Below, one piece after another: positions 1 through 10,067 of a DNA stretch of 64,000 nucleotides. The notes beneath the pieces are model-generated. The model was not told the DNA's origin. It saw only the letters and a program-made list of their open reading frames with translations, and did no database searches. The DNA lies in the NCBI GenBank assembly GCA_016218065.1, contig JACRFA010000097.1, positions 940 to 64,939 of the forward strand. Reading direction: 5' to 3'. The position numbers and the translations under genes were made by a program. The first letter of the stretch is position 1; each line of letters starts with the position of its first letter. The DNA is from Ignavibacteriota bacterium. GTDB lineage: Bacteria > Bacteroidota > Ignavibacteria > UBA10030 > UBA6906.

Positions 1-1998
1 GATGGACTTCCCGTGCAGGATGTTCTTTATGGTGGATTGAAAACTGATCTGCCCAACAGCTCGATTTCGGGATTGAGTCTCTACACTGGTGGATTTGAGC
101 CGGAGTACGGCAACGCGCTGTCGGGCGTCGTGAACATCGTGACGAAAACCGGCTCCGATCGCCATAAGTTTATGGCACGCGGAGCGAAGGACAATCTCTT
201 CGGCGGGTCGCAGACCAGCAAGACGGGCGAAGCCGAGCTTTCACTTTCAGGTCCGATTCTGGAGGACAAGCTCTTCTACTTTGCCTCCGGCACTGCGTTG
301 TTGTCTGATTCACGGTGGTGGCAGGATTTTCAGTACTTCTTCAAAAGTCCGATCGAGAAAACGTACAGCGGCTTTGCGAAACTCGACTACGTGGTTTCAT
401 CAAACATCAGGCTCGGCGCGCAAATTCTGTTCTCGGATAGGAATTGGAGAGACTACGAGTTCAACTGGCGTTACAATCTCGGTGGAATTCCGCCGCAGCA
501 TCGCACATCGTACCGGCTCGCGACGATTCTCTCTCACACGGTGTCCGAGAATTTTTTCTACACAGCAAGTCTCAGCCGCTTCTTTCTGAAGTCGCAAATT
601 GGCGAAGGTTCGCGGGATGACGTTCCCGCTGACGACCCGTATCAATACGATTTCTACCTCCAGTACATCGTCGATGGGCAACGCTCATGGTGGAGCAGAA
701 CACGCCAGGAAACGTACACCGCAAAGCTTGACGGCACGTTCAAGGCGGAAGAGCACCATCTGCTTAAGCTTGGAGCGGAGCTGAATCTGTACACCGTCAA
801 CTCCGATGTTGTGAAGTACGAACCGCGCAAGACGTATTTTGGCAAACCGCTCGTCAACGAACCGCAACTGAATTTCAGTTCTGCGTACACATACAAGCCC
901 AGGTCCGGCGCCATCTACATTCAGGATAAGTATGATCTGCCTGAGAGCGGCATTCTTCTCAACTTCGGGTTGCGTTACGATTTTCTCGACCCAACCGCGA
1001 GCCGTCCCGCGATCGAAGCAATTCCCGTAAGCGACACCGCATTTACGTTCGACTACAGAGGAAGTGTGCCGGCGAAACTGAAGCAGCAGATCAGTCCGCG
1101 GTTCGGCGCGGCGACGCAGATTTCCGAGAATGGCTACCTGTTCATGAATCTCGGTTGGTACTTTCAATTTCCGCTCTTCGATTACATGTACAGCGGACTC
1201 GACCGCGTGTCGCTCGCACGCGGCCTCAGCGCGGTGACGGGCAATCCCGACCTTGAGCCTGAGCGAACGAAGTCGTACGAAATCAGTTTGAAGTATAGCT
1301 TCCCGCACGACATTGTCGTATCGGGAACATACTTCCGAAAAGAAACATCCAACCAAATCGACACAAAGACGTTCGTGCCGGGCGACAGCAAGCTTGCCGG
1401 GACATACGGGTTTGCCGAATACGTGAACACGCCATTTGCCGAAGCGTCGGGCTTCGAGATCATCGTGTCGCGTGAGCGCGGCGATTGGCTCACCGGCGAG
1501 TTCTCGTACACGTACATGACTGCCGAAGGTGTGAGCGGCAGCGCGGATGATGGCTTCTATGTTGCGCAGTACGGATTGCCGCCGGCGGTTCGCGTCTACC
1601 CGCTGAGCTGGGATCAGCGGCACACGATCAAGGCGACGACAACGATTACACTGCCGTGGAATTTTGCATTGAACCTCTACACGCAATGGCATTCAGGTCG
1701 GCCGTTCACTCGCTACCCGACAGCGACCGGATTCGATACCGTCAGCAGAAAATTATTTCAGCAGAACAATGCACGCATGCCGCGATTTCTGAACGTCGAT
1801 CTGAAAGCGACGCAGCGGTTCGCGTTCGATTGGTGGCCGAATTCGCTGATCACGTTGTATCTTGATGTGAGAAATGTCTTCAACGACATGAATGTGAAAT
1901 GGATCGACTCGAACGGCCGCATCGGCGGCGAGCTGAGCGATCCGGGCGGGTATCTGATCGGGCGACGAACAACGTTAGGATTGCAAATTGATTTCTAG
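1..1998 (+). CDS. TonB-dependent outer-membrane receptor, C-terminal ~660 aa. The 5' end is truncated by the window edge; the reading frame is open from nt 1.
   Basis: Open frame from position 1 (track start 13 is an internal GTG). Plug-end-like region 'DGLPVQDVLYGGL', then a long beta-barrel with alternating aromatic/polar strands. Terminal 'LGLQIDF' gives the C-terminal Phe typical of TonB-dependent receptors and OMPs. Confidence 0.8.
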   Translation, partial: DGLPVQDVLYGGLKTDLPNSSISGLSLYTGGFEPEYGNALSGVVNIVTKTGSDRHKFMARGAKDNLFGGSQTSKTGEAELSLSGPILEDKLFYFASGTALLSDSRWWQDFQYFFKSPIEKTYSGFAKLDYVVSSNIRLGAQILFSDRNWRDYEFNWRYNLGGIPPQHRTSYRLATILSHTVSENFFYTASLSRFFLKSQIGEGSRDDVPADDPYQYDFYLQYIVDGQRSWWSRTRQETYTAKLDGTFKAEEHHLLKLGAELNLYTVNSDVVKYEPRKTYFGKPLVNEPQLNFSSAYTYKPRSGAIYIQDKYDLPESGILLNFGLRYDFLDPTASRPAIEAIPVSDTAFTFDYRGSVPAKLKQQISPRFGAATQISENGYLFMNLGWYFQFPLFDYMYSGLDRVSLARGLSAVTGNPDLEPERTKSYEISLKYSFPHDIVVSGTYFRKETSNQIDTKTFVPGDSKLAGTYGFAEYVNTPFAEASGFEIIVSRERGDWLTGEFSYTYMTAEGVSGSADDGFYVAQYGLPPAVRVYPLSWDQRHTIKATTTITLPWNFALNLYTQWHSGRPFTRYPTATGFDTVSRKLFQQNNARMPRFLNVDLKATQRFAFDWWPNSLITLYLDVRNVFNDMNVKWIDSNGRIGGELSDPGGYLIGRRTTLGLQIDF

Positions 1999-2136
1999 GA
2001 TTGTATGGAAGTGCCTTGGGTTCAGAAGCTAACCACGAAGGCACGAAGACACGAAGATGTAACTATGAAGAAAATATGTAGAAGTCAGGAGTTCAAAATT
2101 CTTCGCGCCTTCGCGTCTTCGTGCCTGCATCCCGAC

Positions 2137-2769
2137 TTGTCGGGACGGCGTTCCGTCACGCAGGCGTGGTTTTCTTTCAGTCTGCTCTTCTCTTTTATGG
2201 TGATGGGCTGCGACGAAACTCTACCTCCACGCAACGAACCGGCGAAGTTCCTCAAAGCCTCTGTTCACGTTCAGCCCAACAGCATCGTGAATGTGTTGAT
2301 CGATTCGAACATCGTCAACGCGCCTGAAGTAATCAGGGGATCGTCGGGAAGTTTGGAGATTTCGCTGAAGAGCTTCTACAATGAAGTGTTGGAAGAGAAG
2401 CCGTTTGTCAAGGGGAAGATTGATGTCTGGTTGACAACGCAGCCTTCGATCAGAACGAGTGTGGAATTCACCGAGGCAAACGTGGACTATCCGTACATTG
2501 AGCCGGGCGGATACTTGACGTTGGTTCCGGGCGATTCGGTGTCGATGTCAAAGCAGTGGCATCACAAGGCAGATGTGGGAAGAGGATTCTGGAACTACGT
2601 GCAGCTACGCGGCAGAGTTGACGGAAGCGGGCGCTTCTACTTCGAGTCAGCGCCCGTTCGCTTCACGGCTGTCGCGACGATGCAGGCGTTCGAGAATGTT
2701 CCCGCGGAAAAATCCGAGCCGTACGAGTTTGAGTTGATCTACTACATCTACGTTCTCTACCCGCCGTAA
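2137..2769 (+). CDS. Secreted lipoprotein of unknown function, LPPRNEP-motif family, paralogue A. Predicted TTG start.
   Basis: ORF track frame 2005..2769. An in-frame TTG at 2137 yields '[25 protein letters not shown]', which has an n-region, an h-region and a VMGC lipobox. Paralogous to 7314..7886: shared 'LPPRNEP(A/K)(K/D)FL' and 'GFW(N/E)(Y/F)V(Q/R)L..RV...G..YFES.PV' blocks. Confidence 0.55.
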   Translation: MSGRRSVTQAWFSFSLLFSFMVMGCDETLPPRNEPAKFLKASVHVQPNSIVNVLIDSNIVNAPEVIRGSSGSLEISLKSFYNEVLEEKPFVKGKIDVWLTTQPSIRTSVEFTEANVDYPYIEPGGYLTLVPGDSVSMSKQWHHKADVGRGFWNYVQLRGRVDGSGRFYFESAPVRFTAVATMQAFENVPAEKSEPYEFELIYYIYVLYPP

Positions 2770-2792
2770 CATGTTACACCAACGGACGTGAC

Positions 2793-3650
2793 ATGAAAAC
2801 CGAACTCATCAGGTCGCTCACACAGAACTTTGAATCTGCTTCGCACACAATAGATGATGTTGAGTACTGGCTTGCCCGCGAACTGCAGGAATTGTTGGGC
2901 TATACCGAGTGGCGCAATTTTGCACTTGTTATCGAGAAGGCAAAAACGGCCTGCACAAACGCTGGTCAGGACATCGCAGATCATTTTGTTGACGTCAACA
3001 AAATGATCGAGCTTGCTAAGGGGGCTCAGCGTGAAATCGATGACATCATGCTCACCCGCTACGCCTGCTACCTCATAGCCCAGAATGGCGATCCTCGGAA
3101 GGACCCCGTCGCCTTCGCTATGAGCTACTTCGCGGTACAAACCCGGAGACAGGAGCTTCTGGCAGAGCGGATCAATGCAAGGGAGAGACTGCAGGCGCGG
3201 GAGAAGCTCTCGCTGTCGGAGAAAGAACTCTCGGGTCTTATTTTTGAACGCGGGGTCGACAATCAAGGGTTTGCACGGATCAGAAGCAAAGGTGACACGG
3301 CATTGTTTGGTGGCTTCACCACGAACGAAATGAAGCACAAGCTTCAAGTGGCGGGCAATCGTCCGCTGGCGGATTTTCTTCCGACACTCACGATCAAGGC
3401 AAAGGACTTTGCCACGGAGATTACGAACTTCAATGTGAAGAAGGATGACCTCAAGGGCGAACCGGCCATTACATCAGAACATGTAAAGAATAATGAGAGC
3501 GTGCGGAAGGTTCTCAAAGACCGTGGGATCAAGCCGGAAGAATTGCCACCGGAAGAAGACATCAAGAAAGTCGAGCGGAAAGTCGCTGCTGAAGACAAGA
3601 GGCTCCTCAAGAGTGTAAAGAAACTCCGACCAAGAAAAAACGGAAAGTGA
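2793..3650 (+). CDS. dinD: DNA damage-inducible protein D (DinD) homologue
   Basis: '[31 protein letters not shown]...[39 protein letters not shown]' aligns colinearly with E. coli DinD ('EFWSARELAPLLEYRDWRNFQKVLARATQAC...DHFVETTKMVVLGSGAQRELEDVHLSRYACYLVVQNGDP'). Lower local GC than neighbours. Confidence 0.85.
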   Translation: MKTELIRSLTQNFESASHTIDDVEYWLARELQELLGYTEWRNFALVIEKAKTACTNAGQDIADHFVDVNKMIELAKGAQREIDDIMLTRYACYLIAQNGDPRKDPVAFAMSYFAVQTRRQELLAERINARERLQAREKLSLSEKELSGLIFERGVDNQGFARIRSKGDTALFGGFTTNEMKHKLQVAGNRPLADFLPTLTIKAKDFATEITNFNVKKDDLKGEPAITSEHVKNNESVRKVLKDRGIKPEELPPEEDIKKVERKVAAEDKRLLKSVKKLRPRKNGK

Positions 3651-3831
3651 AAAAGCAACAACCGCCCCGTCGTCTCCAACTGTGCATAGCAAACTCCCAA
3701 TGCTCGGCAACTCGGTGGGACGTTCGCGCAAGCTATCATGGAGTGTGAATAGCTAGCGGTTTTGGAACAGGGTTGCCGCGCCGGGTCAGGCGCAAACAAG
3801 AATCCGATTCACAAAGATTAACTCCGCAATC

Positions 3832-6800
3832 TCAAAATCCATTCAACGATTCCGGTCCCTGAATGATCGCGAGCTTCAGGACTTTCGAGAGGCCGAGAGC
3901 CGGCATTTCAACATGCGCGATGTAAATGCCGCTCGCGACAGGAAGATCGTACTCGTTCTTCAAGTCCCATTCTAGAAACTGCGACGCTGGATCGTCCTTC
4001 CGGAGTGTTCGTATCAACTCGCCGCCCATAGTGAAGATGCGGATCGTCGCTTGCTCAGGTAGATGAGTGAACGTGACATTCTTTTTCACCAAGCCTGTTG
4101 GCGTCACTGCCCGCGCAAAGAACGGATTCGGGAAAACATTGATAGCGCTGAGATCCTTGCGTGCCGTTGCCGCGTCTCCGACCACCGGCGCCGCCGGCGC
4201 AATCTCTTTGATGTCGCCGTGACGCACTTCGTGGAACTTCAGGAAACGAATGACCGTGCCGACCGGAGGCGGCAGTCCGTCATTATCTTTGTCTGCAATC
4301 TGAATTCCCCACAACGCATTGCCCTGCTCGTCGGGACTCTGCGAGCCGCGGAACACATCTATTCGTCGATCATACACACCAATGGAATCATTGCCGCCAG
4401 TCGGATAGTGAACGTCGGTCTCGTGTATCGGCTCGCAGATCTTGAACAACGTGTCGCCAAAAAACACACCTGTCGGTGTGACGTTCCAACTGCTCGGAGT
4501 GATTCCGGAATCGCGGAACGAAGGAATCACCTGCACGGGAACATCATCCGGCCCACGCCCGATATCCCACACCGAGAACGGTACTTTGATGGCTTCCGAT
4601 TGGCTGGCGAGAATGATCATCCGGATTGCGTAGCTCCCCCGTCCATCGAACCTCATCTCGTAGTCGCGTTGTGTTGTTCCGAGACCGTTCATTGCCCGCA
4701 ACGACCGCTTCTGACTCAGCACAACAAATCCCTGGTGTGTGTTCGATGGTCCGTACAGGTCAACGCCATTCTGATCCGTCACTGCTCGCAAGCCAACGGG
4801 CGGAATGCCGATCGTGAGTTTGAACCCGCCGTCAGCAACAGTGTACAGAGTTGTACCGCTGACATCCGTCATGTTTGAGTAGATGGTGTTTCCTTTTGTC
4901 GCGTTGTAGAGATTCCATCGGTACGTCCGGCTCGATGTCGTCGTGTCGAAGCGAACATGAAACTTGTCTCCCGTCTGCGCCCGCGGATTGTACACGACGG
5001 GGACGATCACCGCATCGCTGTAGCCGTTGATGCTGGTAACCTTCAGTGTATCGCCGATCGTGTACTGATACTTCGTTCCGACACGCGGCGACTCGGGCAC
5101 ACACGCAAGAATTTCTATCGGACTCTCAACGCTACGAATGACGGTGGTTGCATCGGGCGTGTATGTGTATGCGGTGACGACGTAGTAGTATGTCACTCCG
5201 TTGACGAGCGGCTTGTTCCAGAGCTTGTCTTCGGTGATGAGAACCGATCGCTGAATGCCGCTGTCTGTTCCGTACCGAACCGGCTTGACGTACACTTCGC
5301 CCGCTTCGATGTCGAATTCTTCTTGCGAGATTGTTCGGATGCCGTTCACAAGATCGAACGTTGCGACGCGTACTGCGTGCGACAAATCCGTTGCTCCGTC
5401 GGGAACCTGATAGACGTTGTACCCTTCAAATCGATATCCCCCATAAAGAATTGTCTGCTCGGAAGCAGCGATGGCGGCAGAGTCCTTTCCCCAATCGAGA
5501 AGGATCTGTTTGTCGAGTGGATAGATGGTCATGTTCGGAGCGGATGGCGCTCTCGCGGCTTTGAACGCGTTGTTGAATGTTGCTTGTGCAACCTTGTCGT
5601 TGTACTTCATCGACTTGATGCTGCTGAGATGATCGGCGCCGAGACCAGCCGCGACACCGATGACAACCTCCTGTGTATCACCGATTGCCATCGTGAACGG
5701 ACCGGACGGCATGATGTACTGACGTTCGCCGGGAAGGAGCGGTAAGCCGTCGAGCCATCCGTAATTCAGCACGGGATCTCCGCTCACCCAAAACCGCGAC
5801 GCAGCAAGAGTTGTGGGGTTCACAAGCGGCGGTGGGTCGGGCGGGCCAATGGGCCGAGGCGGAAGTCCGCGCATCGATTGATACCATGATGTCGCCGAGC
5901 CGGGCACGCTGTAGCGCGAGCCGTTACGTGTGTGACGATCAAAGTAGATGAATGCTGTCATGGGCAGATTGATGTAGCCCGGACCTTTTGTTTGAAGGTT
6001 GATGCTTGCATAATCAGCTCCATCATCAATTCCATTTCTGTTCAGATCCTGTCCGGGAATGCCGCGCACAACCGGGCCTTGCACAAAGTCAGTTCCCGCC
6101 GACGGCGCTGGCAATCTGAAGTTACCGTACAGTCGATCTCCTGCAACGGAGTTGTACACATAACCGAGATTCAACGTCGAGTCACATCCCACATAATCAT
6201 CATTCGGATCGCCGAGATCGGGATCGCAGACTTGAGCAACGTACATACTATCGATGCGCGCAGAGGCCGAGGTGGAGGAGAGTCCTTTGTAGATGAGACG
6301 AAAGCGTTTATAGATTACGCTGCCGAGCGCGTCGTTGCGATTGTACGCCCAGATCGTCCCCTGCATTTCCATCCCTGCCGGCTGATTTGAAAACGGTACT
6401 GCCGTTGCTACATCGTTGCAGACAAACCACAGCACCATGTCGGCATCGGCGTAGCCGGGAGTCTCTGCGTCGAGCATGCCGTTGCGGTTGACATCCTCGC
6501 CGGGATCGAGGTACGCGTTGCGATTCACATCTTCGCCGCGATCGAGCACGCCGTTGTTTGCGCCAACGACCTGACGGTTCGCGTTAAGATATCCTGTATC
6601 ATAAAATGGCGCGCCGAATTCCCACGGCCACTCACTCCAATCTTTGATGTACGCCGCGCGCAACTTGTTGAGGTCCGCGTTGGTTACGTCGGTGACGTTC
6701 TTGCGATACGTCTCTGCGGCGTCTTGCCGCAAATCGATCTTGCGGAAGTCGCGCCTGATGCGGAACAACCGCACACTGCTGTCATTCGGACTTTGCACCT

Positions 6801-7164
6801 GGCTTGTACGTAGTCCGAGTATTGCGCCTTGTCGCATGCCGGTGATCCATGTCTGACCATTCACATGCAGCCGCGTTTGTTGTCCATCCTTCACTCTGCC
6901 GCCCCAAAGCAGTCCTGAACCATAGATTGCATTCGCCGTGCCCTTCGGGTAGAACATTCCTCCAGCCTGAGTGATGGGATACTCCTGCACGCCGTTGGAG
7001 TTGTACCACGAGAGAATGCGATTCACGTTGATCGGCAGGATGGTTGGTGTGCCGGTGATTTCTTCGGGTTCTGGTGGACGATTGAGTTTGTCTTGCGCGA
7101 AGAGGAATGATGGAGCGATGGACAACAACAACACACGTGCGATGAACAATACTGCGTGCTTCAT
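3832..7164 (-). CDS. Large secreted T9SS cargo protein with thrombospondin type-3-like Ca-binding repeats (1110 aa)
   Basis: Signal peptide 'MKHAVLFIARVLLLSIAPSFLFAQ'. Repeated 'DPGEDVNRNAYLD / DPGEDVNRNGMLD / GQDLNRNGIDDGAD' Asp-rich loops. C-terminal ~90 aa 'FPNPF...ATIRIFTMGGELIRTL...WDLKNEYDLPVASGIYIAHVEM...KLAII' matches the T9SS type-A sorting domain pattern. Confidence 0.75.
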   Translation of the reverse strand: MKHAVLFIARVLLLSIAPSFLFAQDKLNRPPEPEEITGTPTILPINVNRILSWYNSNGVQEYPITQAGGMFYPKGTANAIYGSGLLWGGRVKDGQQTRLHVNGQTWITGMRQGAILGLRTSQVQSPNDSSVRLFRIRRDFRKIDLRQDAAETYRKNVTDVTNADLNKLRAAYIKDWSEWPWEFGAPFYDTGYLNANRQVVGANNGVLDRGEDVNRNAYLDPGEDVNRNGMLDAETPGYADADMVLWFVCNDVATAVPFSNQPAGMEMQGTIWAYNRNDALGSVIYKRFRLIYKGLSSTSASARIDSMYVAQVCDPDLGDPNDDYVGCDSTLNLGYVYNSVAGDRLYGNFRLPAPSAGTDFVQGPVVRGIPGQDLNRNGIDDGADYASINLQTKGPGYINLPMTAFIYFDRHTRNGSRYSVPGSATSWYQSMRGLPPRPIGPPDPPPLVNPTTLAASRFWVSGDPVLNYGWLDGLPLLPGERQYIMPSGPFTMAIGDTQEVVIGVAAGLGADHLSSIKSMKYNDKVAQATFNNAFKAARAPSAPNMTIYPLDKQILLDWGKDSAAIAASEQTILYGGYRFEGYNVYQVPDGATDLSHAVRVATFDLVNGIRTISQEEFDIEAGEVYVKPVRYGTDSGIQRSVLITEDKLWNKPLVNGVTYYYVVTAYTYTPDATTVIRSVESPIEILACVPESPRVGTKYQYTIGDTLKVTSINGYSDAVIVPVVYNPRAQTGDKFHVRFDTTTSSRTYRWNLYNATKGNTIYSNMTDVSGTTLYTVADGGFKLTIGIPPVGLRAVTDQNGVDLYGPSNTHQGFVVLSQKRSLRAMNGLGTTQRDYEMRFDGRGSYAIRMIILASQSEAIKVPFSVWDIGRGPDDVPVQVIPSFRDSGITPSSWNVTPTGVFFGDTLFKICEPIHETDVHYPTGGNDSIGVYDRRIDVFRGSQSPDEQGNALWGIQIADKDNDGLPPPVGTVIRFLKFHEVRHGDIKEIAPAAPVVGDAATARKDLSAINVFPNPFFARAVTPTGLVKKNVTFTHLPEQATIRIFTMGGELIRTLRKDDPASQFLEWDLKNEYDLPVASGIYIAHVEMPALGLSKVLKLAIIQGPESLNGF

Positions 7165-7313
7165 TCAGCGGATTACATTGGTGAGAAATACGTTCTTGCT
7201 TGATGCAATGTACACACAGGGCGAGCGAGTTGCAAACGACATGAGGTTGCATGTCAGGGGATTCTTTTGTTGCTTGAGATCGAATTATTTACCTGTGTTC
7301 AGAGTCGGCAGTC

Positions 7314-7886
7314 ATGACGAAGGGCGGGTTTATTGCATGTATGGTTGCGCTTCTCGCAGGGCCATGCGAGGAGTCTCTTCCTCCGCGCAACGAGCCGAAA
7401 GACTTTCTACAAACTTCACTGGATGTTCGTCAGGGTATCGTCATCATCCGCGGGGGCAGCACGGAAGGAAGCTTTGGGAGTTTTGACATTCAGGTCAAGA
7501 GTACGTACTCCGAAGTACTGCAGGGTGATGAGCACATTCAAGCGAAGGTCTCAGTCTGGCCGAAGAGTTTTCCTGAGCAAAAAGGTGAAGTGATTGCCGC
7601 CCGACGTGAGCTTCAGAATCCTGGCATCATCTACGCAGGCAAACTGACACTTGAACCGAATGGGATCGCCTACCTCTTGAAGCAAGGATCGCACAGAACA
7701 TCTGAAGGGAAGGGGTTTTGGGAATTCGTTCGACTGACCCGCCGTGTCAACAGTCGCGGAGAAGTGTATTTCGAGTCCGATCCGGTGAATCTAGTCGCCA
7801 CGGGCACGGTGCAAATCTTCAAAAACGTGCAGTCGGAGAAGTTGCCGCAGATTCAGTTTTCCTTTGTTTACTACGTATATCAGTAA
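7314..7886 (+). CDS. Secreted protein or lipoprotein of unknown function, LPPRNEP-motif family, paralogue B
   Basis: 'MTKGGFIACMVALLAGPCEESLPPRNEPKDFL...GFWEFVRLTRRVNSRGEVYFESDPV' is about 35% identical to the 2137..2769 product. Aromatic C-terminus 'FVYYVYQ'. Confidence 0.6.
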   Translation: MTKGGFIACMVALLAGPCEESLPPRNEPKDFLQTSLDVRQGIVIIRGGSTEGSFGSFDIQVKSTYSEVLQGDEHIQAKVSVWPKSFPEQKGEVIAARRELQNPGIIYAGKLTLEPNGIAYLLKQGSHRTSEGKGFWEFVRLTRRVNSRGEVYFESDPVNLVATGTVQIFKNVQSEKLPQIQFSFVYYVYQ

Positions 7887-7922
7887 TCGCGTTTTCCCAA
7901 TATCACTCCCCAATCCGGTTTC

Positions 7923-10046
7923 ATGAAATCGCTCAACACGGTCTTTGCAGTTCACAATCATCAACCGATTGGCAACTTCGAGAAGATATTCGAGGAAGCA
8001 TTTCAGCTTTCCTACAAACCGTTCCTTGAAGTTCTTGAGAAACATCCCACCGTGAAAATCACCCAGCACTGGACGGGAACGCTGCTGGAGTGGCTCGTAG
8101 TGAAACACCCGGAGCTGATTGAAATGATGAGAGAGATGGTCACGCGCGGCCAGCTTGAACTACTCACCGGTTCGTACTACGAAGCAATTCTTGCGATCAT
8201 TCCCGAACCCGATCGCATCGGGCAAATCAAAAAGCTTTCAGACCACATTTACAAAATCTTCGACTTCGAACCGCGGGGCCTATGGCTTGCCGAACGTGTG
8301 TGGGAACAACCGCTTGTCGCGTCGCTGGCGAAGGCCGGAGTCGAATTCGTGGTCGTCGATGACACACATTTTCGGCATGTTGGTTTGCACGATGAAGAAC
8401 TGCTCGGCTATTACATCACCGAGGAGCAAGGCCTGACGCTCAAGGTGCTGCCGATTGACAAAACGCTGCGATACACCGTGCCGTTTCGTGCACTGGAGGA
8501 AACGCTGCATTATTTCCAGAATGTCGCGTCCGAAAGCGGCGCACGGGTTGTCATCAACGCCGACGATGGCGAAAAATTTGGCGTCTGGCCGAAGACGTAC
8601 GAGTCGGTGTACACGTCGGGTTGGCTTGAGGCGTTCTGCCGCATGATGGAAGAGCATGACTGGATCAGAACACTGCATCTTGCCGACGTCGTCGATACGC
8701 TGCCGCCGCAAGGAAGGATATACCTGCCGACGGCATCGTATGCCGAGATGCTGAAGTGGGCGTTGAATCCGACGGCGTTTCTGCAGTTGGAAAAATTCGA
8801 ACAGGATTTGAAAGCCCGGGACATCTACAACGAAAACAGTATGTTCGTGCGCGGCGGGTATTGGAGAAATTTTCTCGCGAAATATCCCGAGGCAAACCAC
8901 ATGCACAAGAGAATGCTGCGGATTGCCGATCGTGCGCGCCGAGTTTCGGAAAAGCAGAAACTTCCGCTGGATGTGTGGGACAATCTCTGGGCAGGCCAGT
9001 GCAACGATCCGTACTGGCACGGCGTGTTCGGCGGTTTGTATCTGCCCAACTTACGATTCCCCGTCTATCGCAATCTGCTTCAGGCCGAAAGCAAGCTCGA
9101 CGCCGTGGAGCAGCTTGCGCCCGTTCGGGTTGAAGAAGTGGACTTCGACTGCGATGGAACGCGTGAGGTTCTCGTTGAATCTGATGACATGAATCTCTAC
9201 TTCAAGCCGCATGTCGGCGGAAGTTTGATTGAGCTGGACTACAAGCCAATCGCATTCAATCTTCTCGACGTGTTGAGCCGAAGGGAAGAGGGCTATCATC
9301 GCAGGTTGATGGCGAAGGGTGGAAAGCTTAACGACTCTGCTGATGAGCATGCCAGCATACATGATAGCATGCTCGTCAAAGAACTCGGGCTGGAGAATCA
9401 TCTGCACTTCGATTGGTACCGGCATGCGTCGCTCGTTGATCACTTCTTCGGATCCGATACATCGCTTGAGACGTACGCGCAATGCAAGTACCTTGAGCTT
9501 GGCGACTTCGTCAATCAAACGTACAGGCACAAAGTGTCGTTGGAAGGTGATGGGATTCGCGTGACGATGTGGCGCGATGGGGCGCTTTGGTTTGGCCCGA
9601 CTCCGCATCGCATCACGGTGCGTAAGGTGATCAAGTTTAGCAGCGCGAGCACGGAGTTCACAGCTGATTACACGATCATCAATCGCGAAGACAGACCCGT
9701 TGACATTTGGTTCGGCGTCGAGTTCTGTGTGGGACTTATGGCGGGCGACGCGCACGATCGCTACTATGAGATCGAGAAGCGCACGCTTGACGATCGACGT
9801 TTGCGGAGCGCGGGTGCAGAGCCGAACGTGAAGAAGTTCCGACTTGTGGATGAATGGCTTGGCATTCAGACTTCATTTGCACTCAAGCATGCAGCGACGC
9901 TCTGGCGTCATCCGATTGAAACAGTGTCGCTGTCGGAAGCAGGCTTCGAGCGCATCTACCAATGCTCGGTCGTCACACCGACGTGGCGCACGAGGCTGGA
10001 GAAGGAAGTGAAGTTTCAGATTGTACAGAGTGTGATGAGAGTGTAG
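7923..10046 (+). CDS. Glycoside hydrolase family 57 (alpha-amylase / 4-alpha-glucanotransferase-like)
   Basis: N-terminal 'FAVHNHQPIGNF' catalytic-region signature of GH57. At 707 aa the length fits GH57 glucanotransferases. Confidence 0.8.
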   Translation: MKSLNTVFAVHNHQPIGNFEKIFEEAFQLSYKPFLEVLEKHPTVKITQHWTGTLLEWLVVKHPELIEMMREMVTRGQLELLTGSYYEAILAIIPEPDRIGQIKKLSDHIYKIFDFEPRGLWLAERVWEQPLVASLAKAGVEFVVVDDTHFRHVGLHDEELLGYYITEEQGLTLKVLPIDKTLRYTVPFRALEETLHYFQNVASESGARVVINADDGEKFGVWPKTYESVYTSGWLEAFCRMMEEHDWIRTLHLADVVDTLPPQGRIYLPTASYAEMLKWALNPTAFLQLEKFEQDLKARDIYNENSMFVRGGYWRNFLAKYPEANHMHKRMLRIADRARRVSEKQKLPLDVWDNLWAGQCNDPYWHGVFGGLYLPNLRFPVYRNLLQAESKLDAVEQLAPVRVEEVDFDCDGTREVLVESDDMNLYFKPHVGGSLIELDYKPIAFNLLDVLSRREEGYHRRLMAKGGKLNDSADEHASIHDSMLVKELGLENHLHFDWYRHASLVDHFFGSDTSLETYAQCKYLELGDFVNQTYRHKVSLEGDGIRVTMWRDGALWFGPTPHRITVRKVIKFSSASTEFTADYTIINREDRPVDIWFGVEFCVGLMAGDAHDRYYEIEKRTLDDRRLRSAGAEPNVKKFRLVDEWLGIQTSFALKHAATLWRHPIETVSLSEAGFERIYQCSVVTPTWRTRLEKEVKFQIVQSVMRV

Positions 10047-10067
10047 GTAGAAATCAGCCATCAATAC

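Noticed and set aside
685-1692. 335-aa ORF on the minus strand inside the TonB-dependent receptor gene. The same pattern recurs at 8280..9020, 9051..9755, 18977..20287, 22210..22857, 24812..26161, 31261..31914, 34993..36093, 42136..43173, 43240..44259, 44246..45046, 49390..50685, 51536..52261 and 52340..53416.
   Set aside because: All lie antisense to or out of frame within genes that have clear homology-level motifs. Their products are Arg/Ala/His-rich low-complexity sequences typical of spurious ORFs in GC-rich DNA. None has a signal, an RBS or recognisable motifs.
2005-2136. N-terminal extension of lipoprotein paralogue A from the first ATG
   Set aside because: That would put about 64 residues before the lipobox cysteine. 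An in-frame TTG at 2137 gives a canonical signal peptide.
2761-2795. Possible LexA (SOS) box upstream of dinD
   Set aside because: Only an 8-bp AACATGTT palindrome is present. It does not fit CTGT-N8-ACAG or GAAC-N4-GTTC consensus boxes, so it is reported only as an unassigned palindrome.
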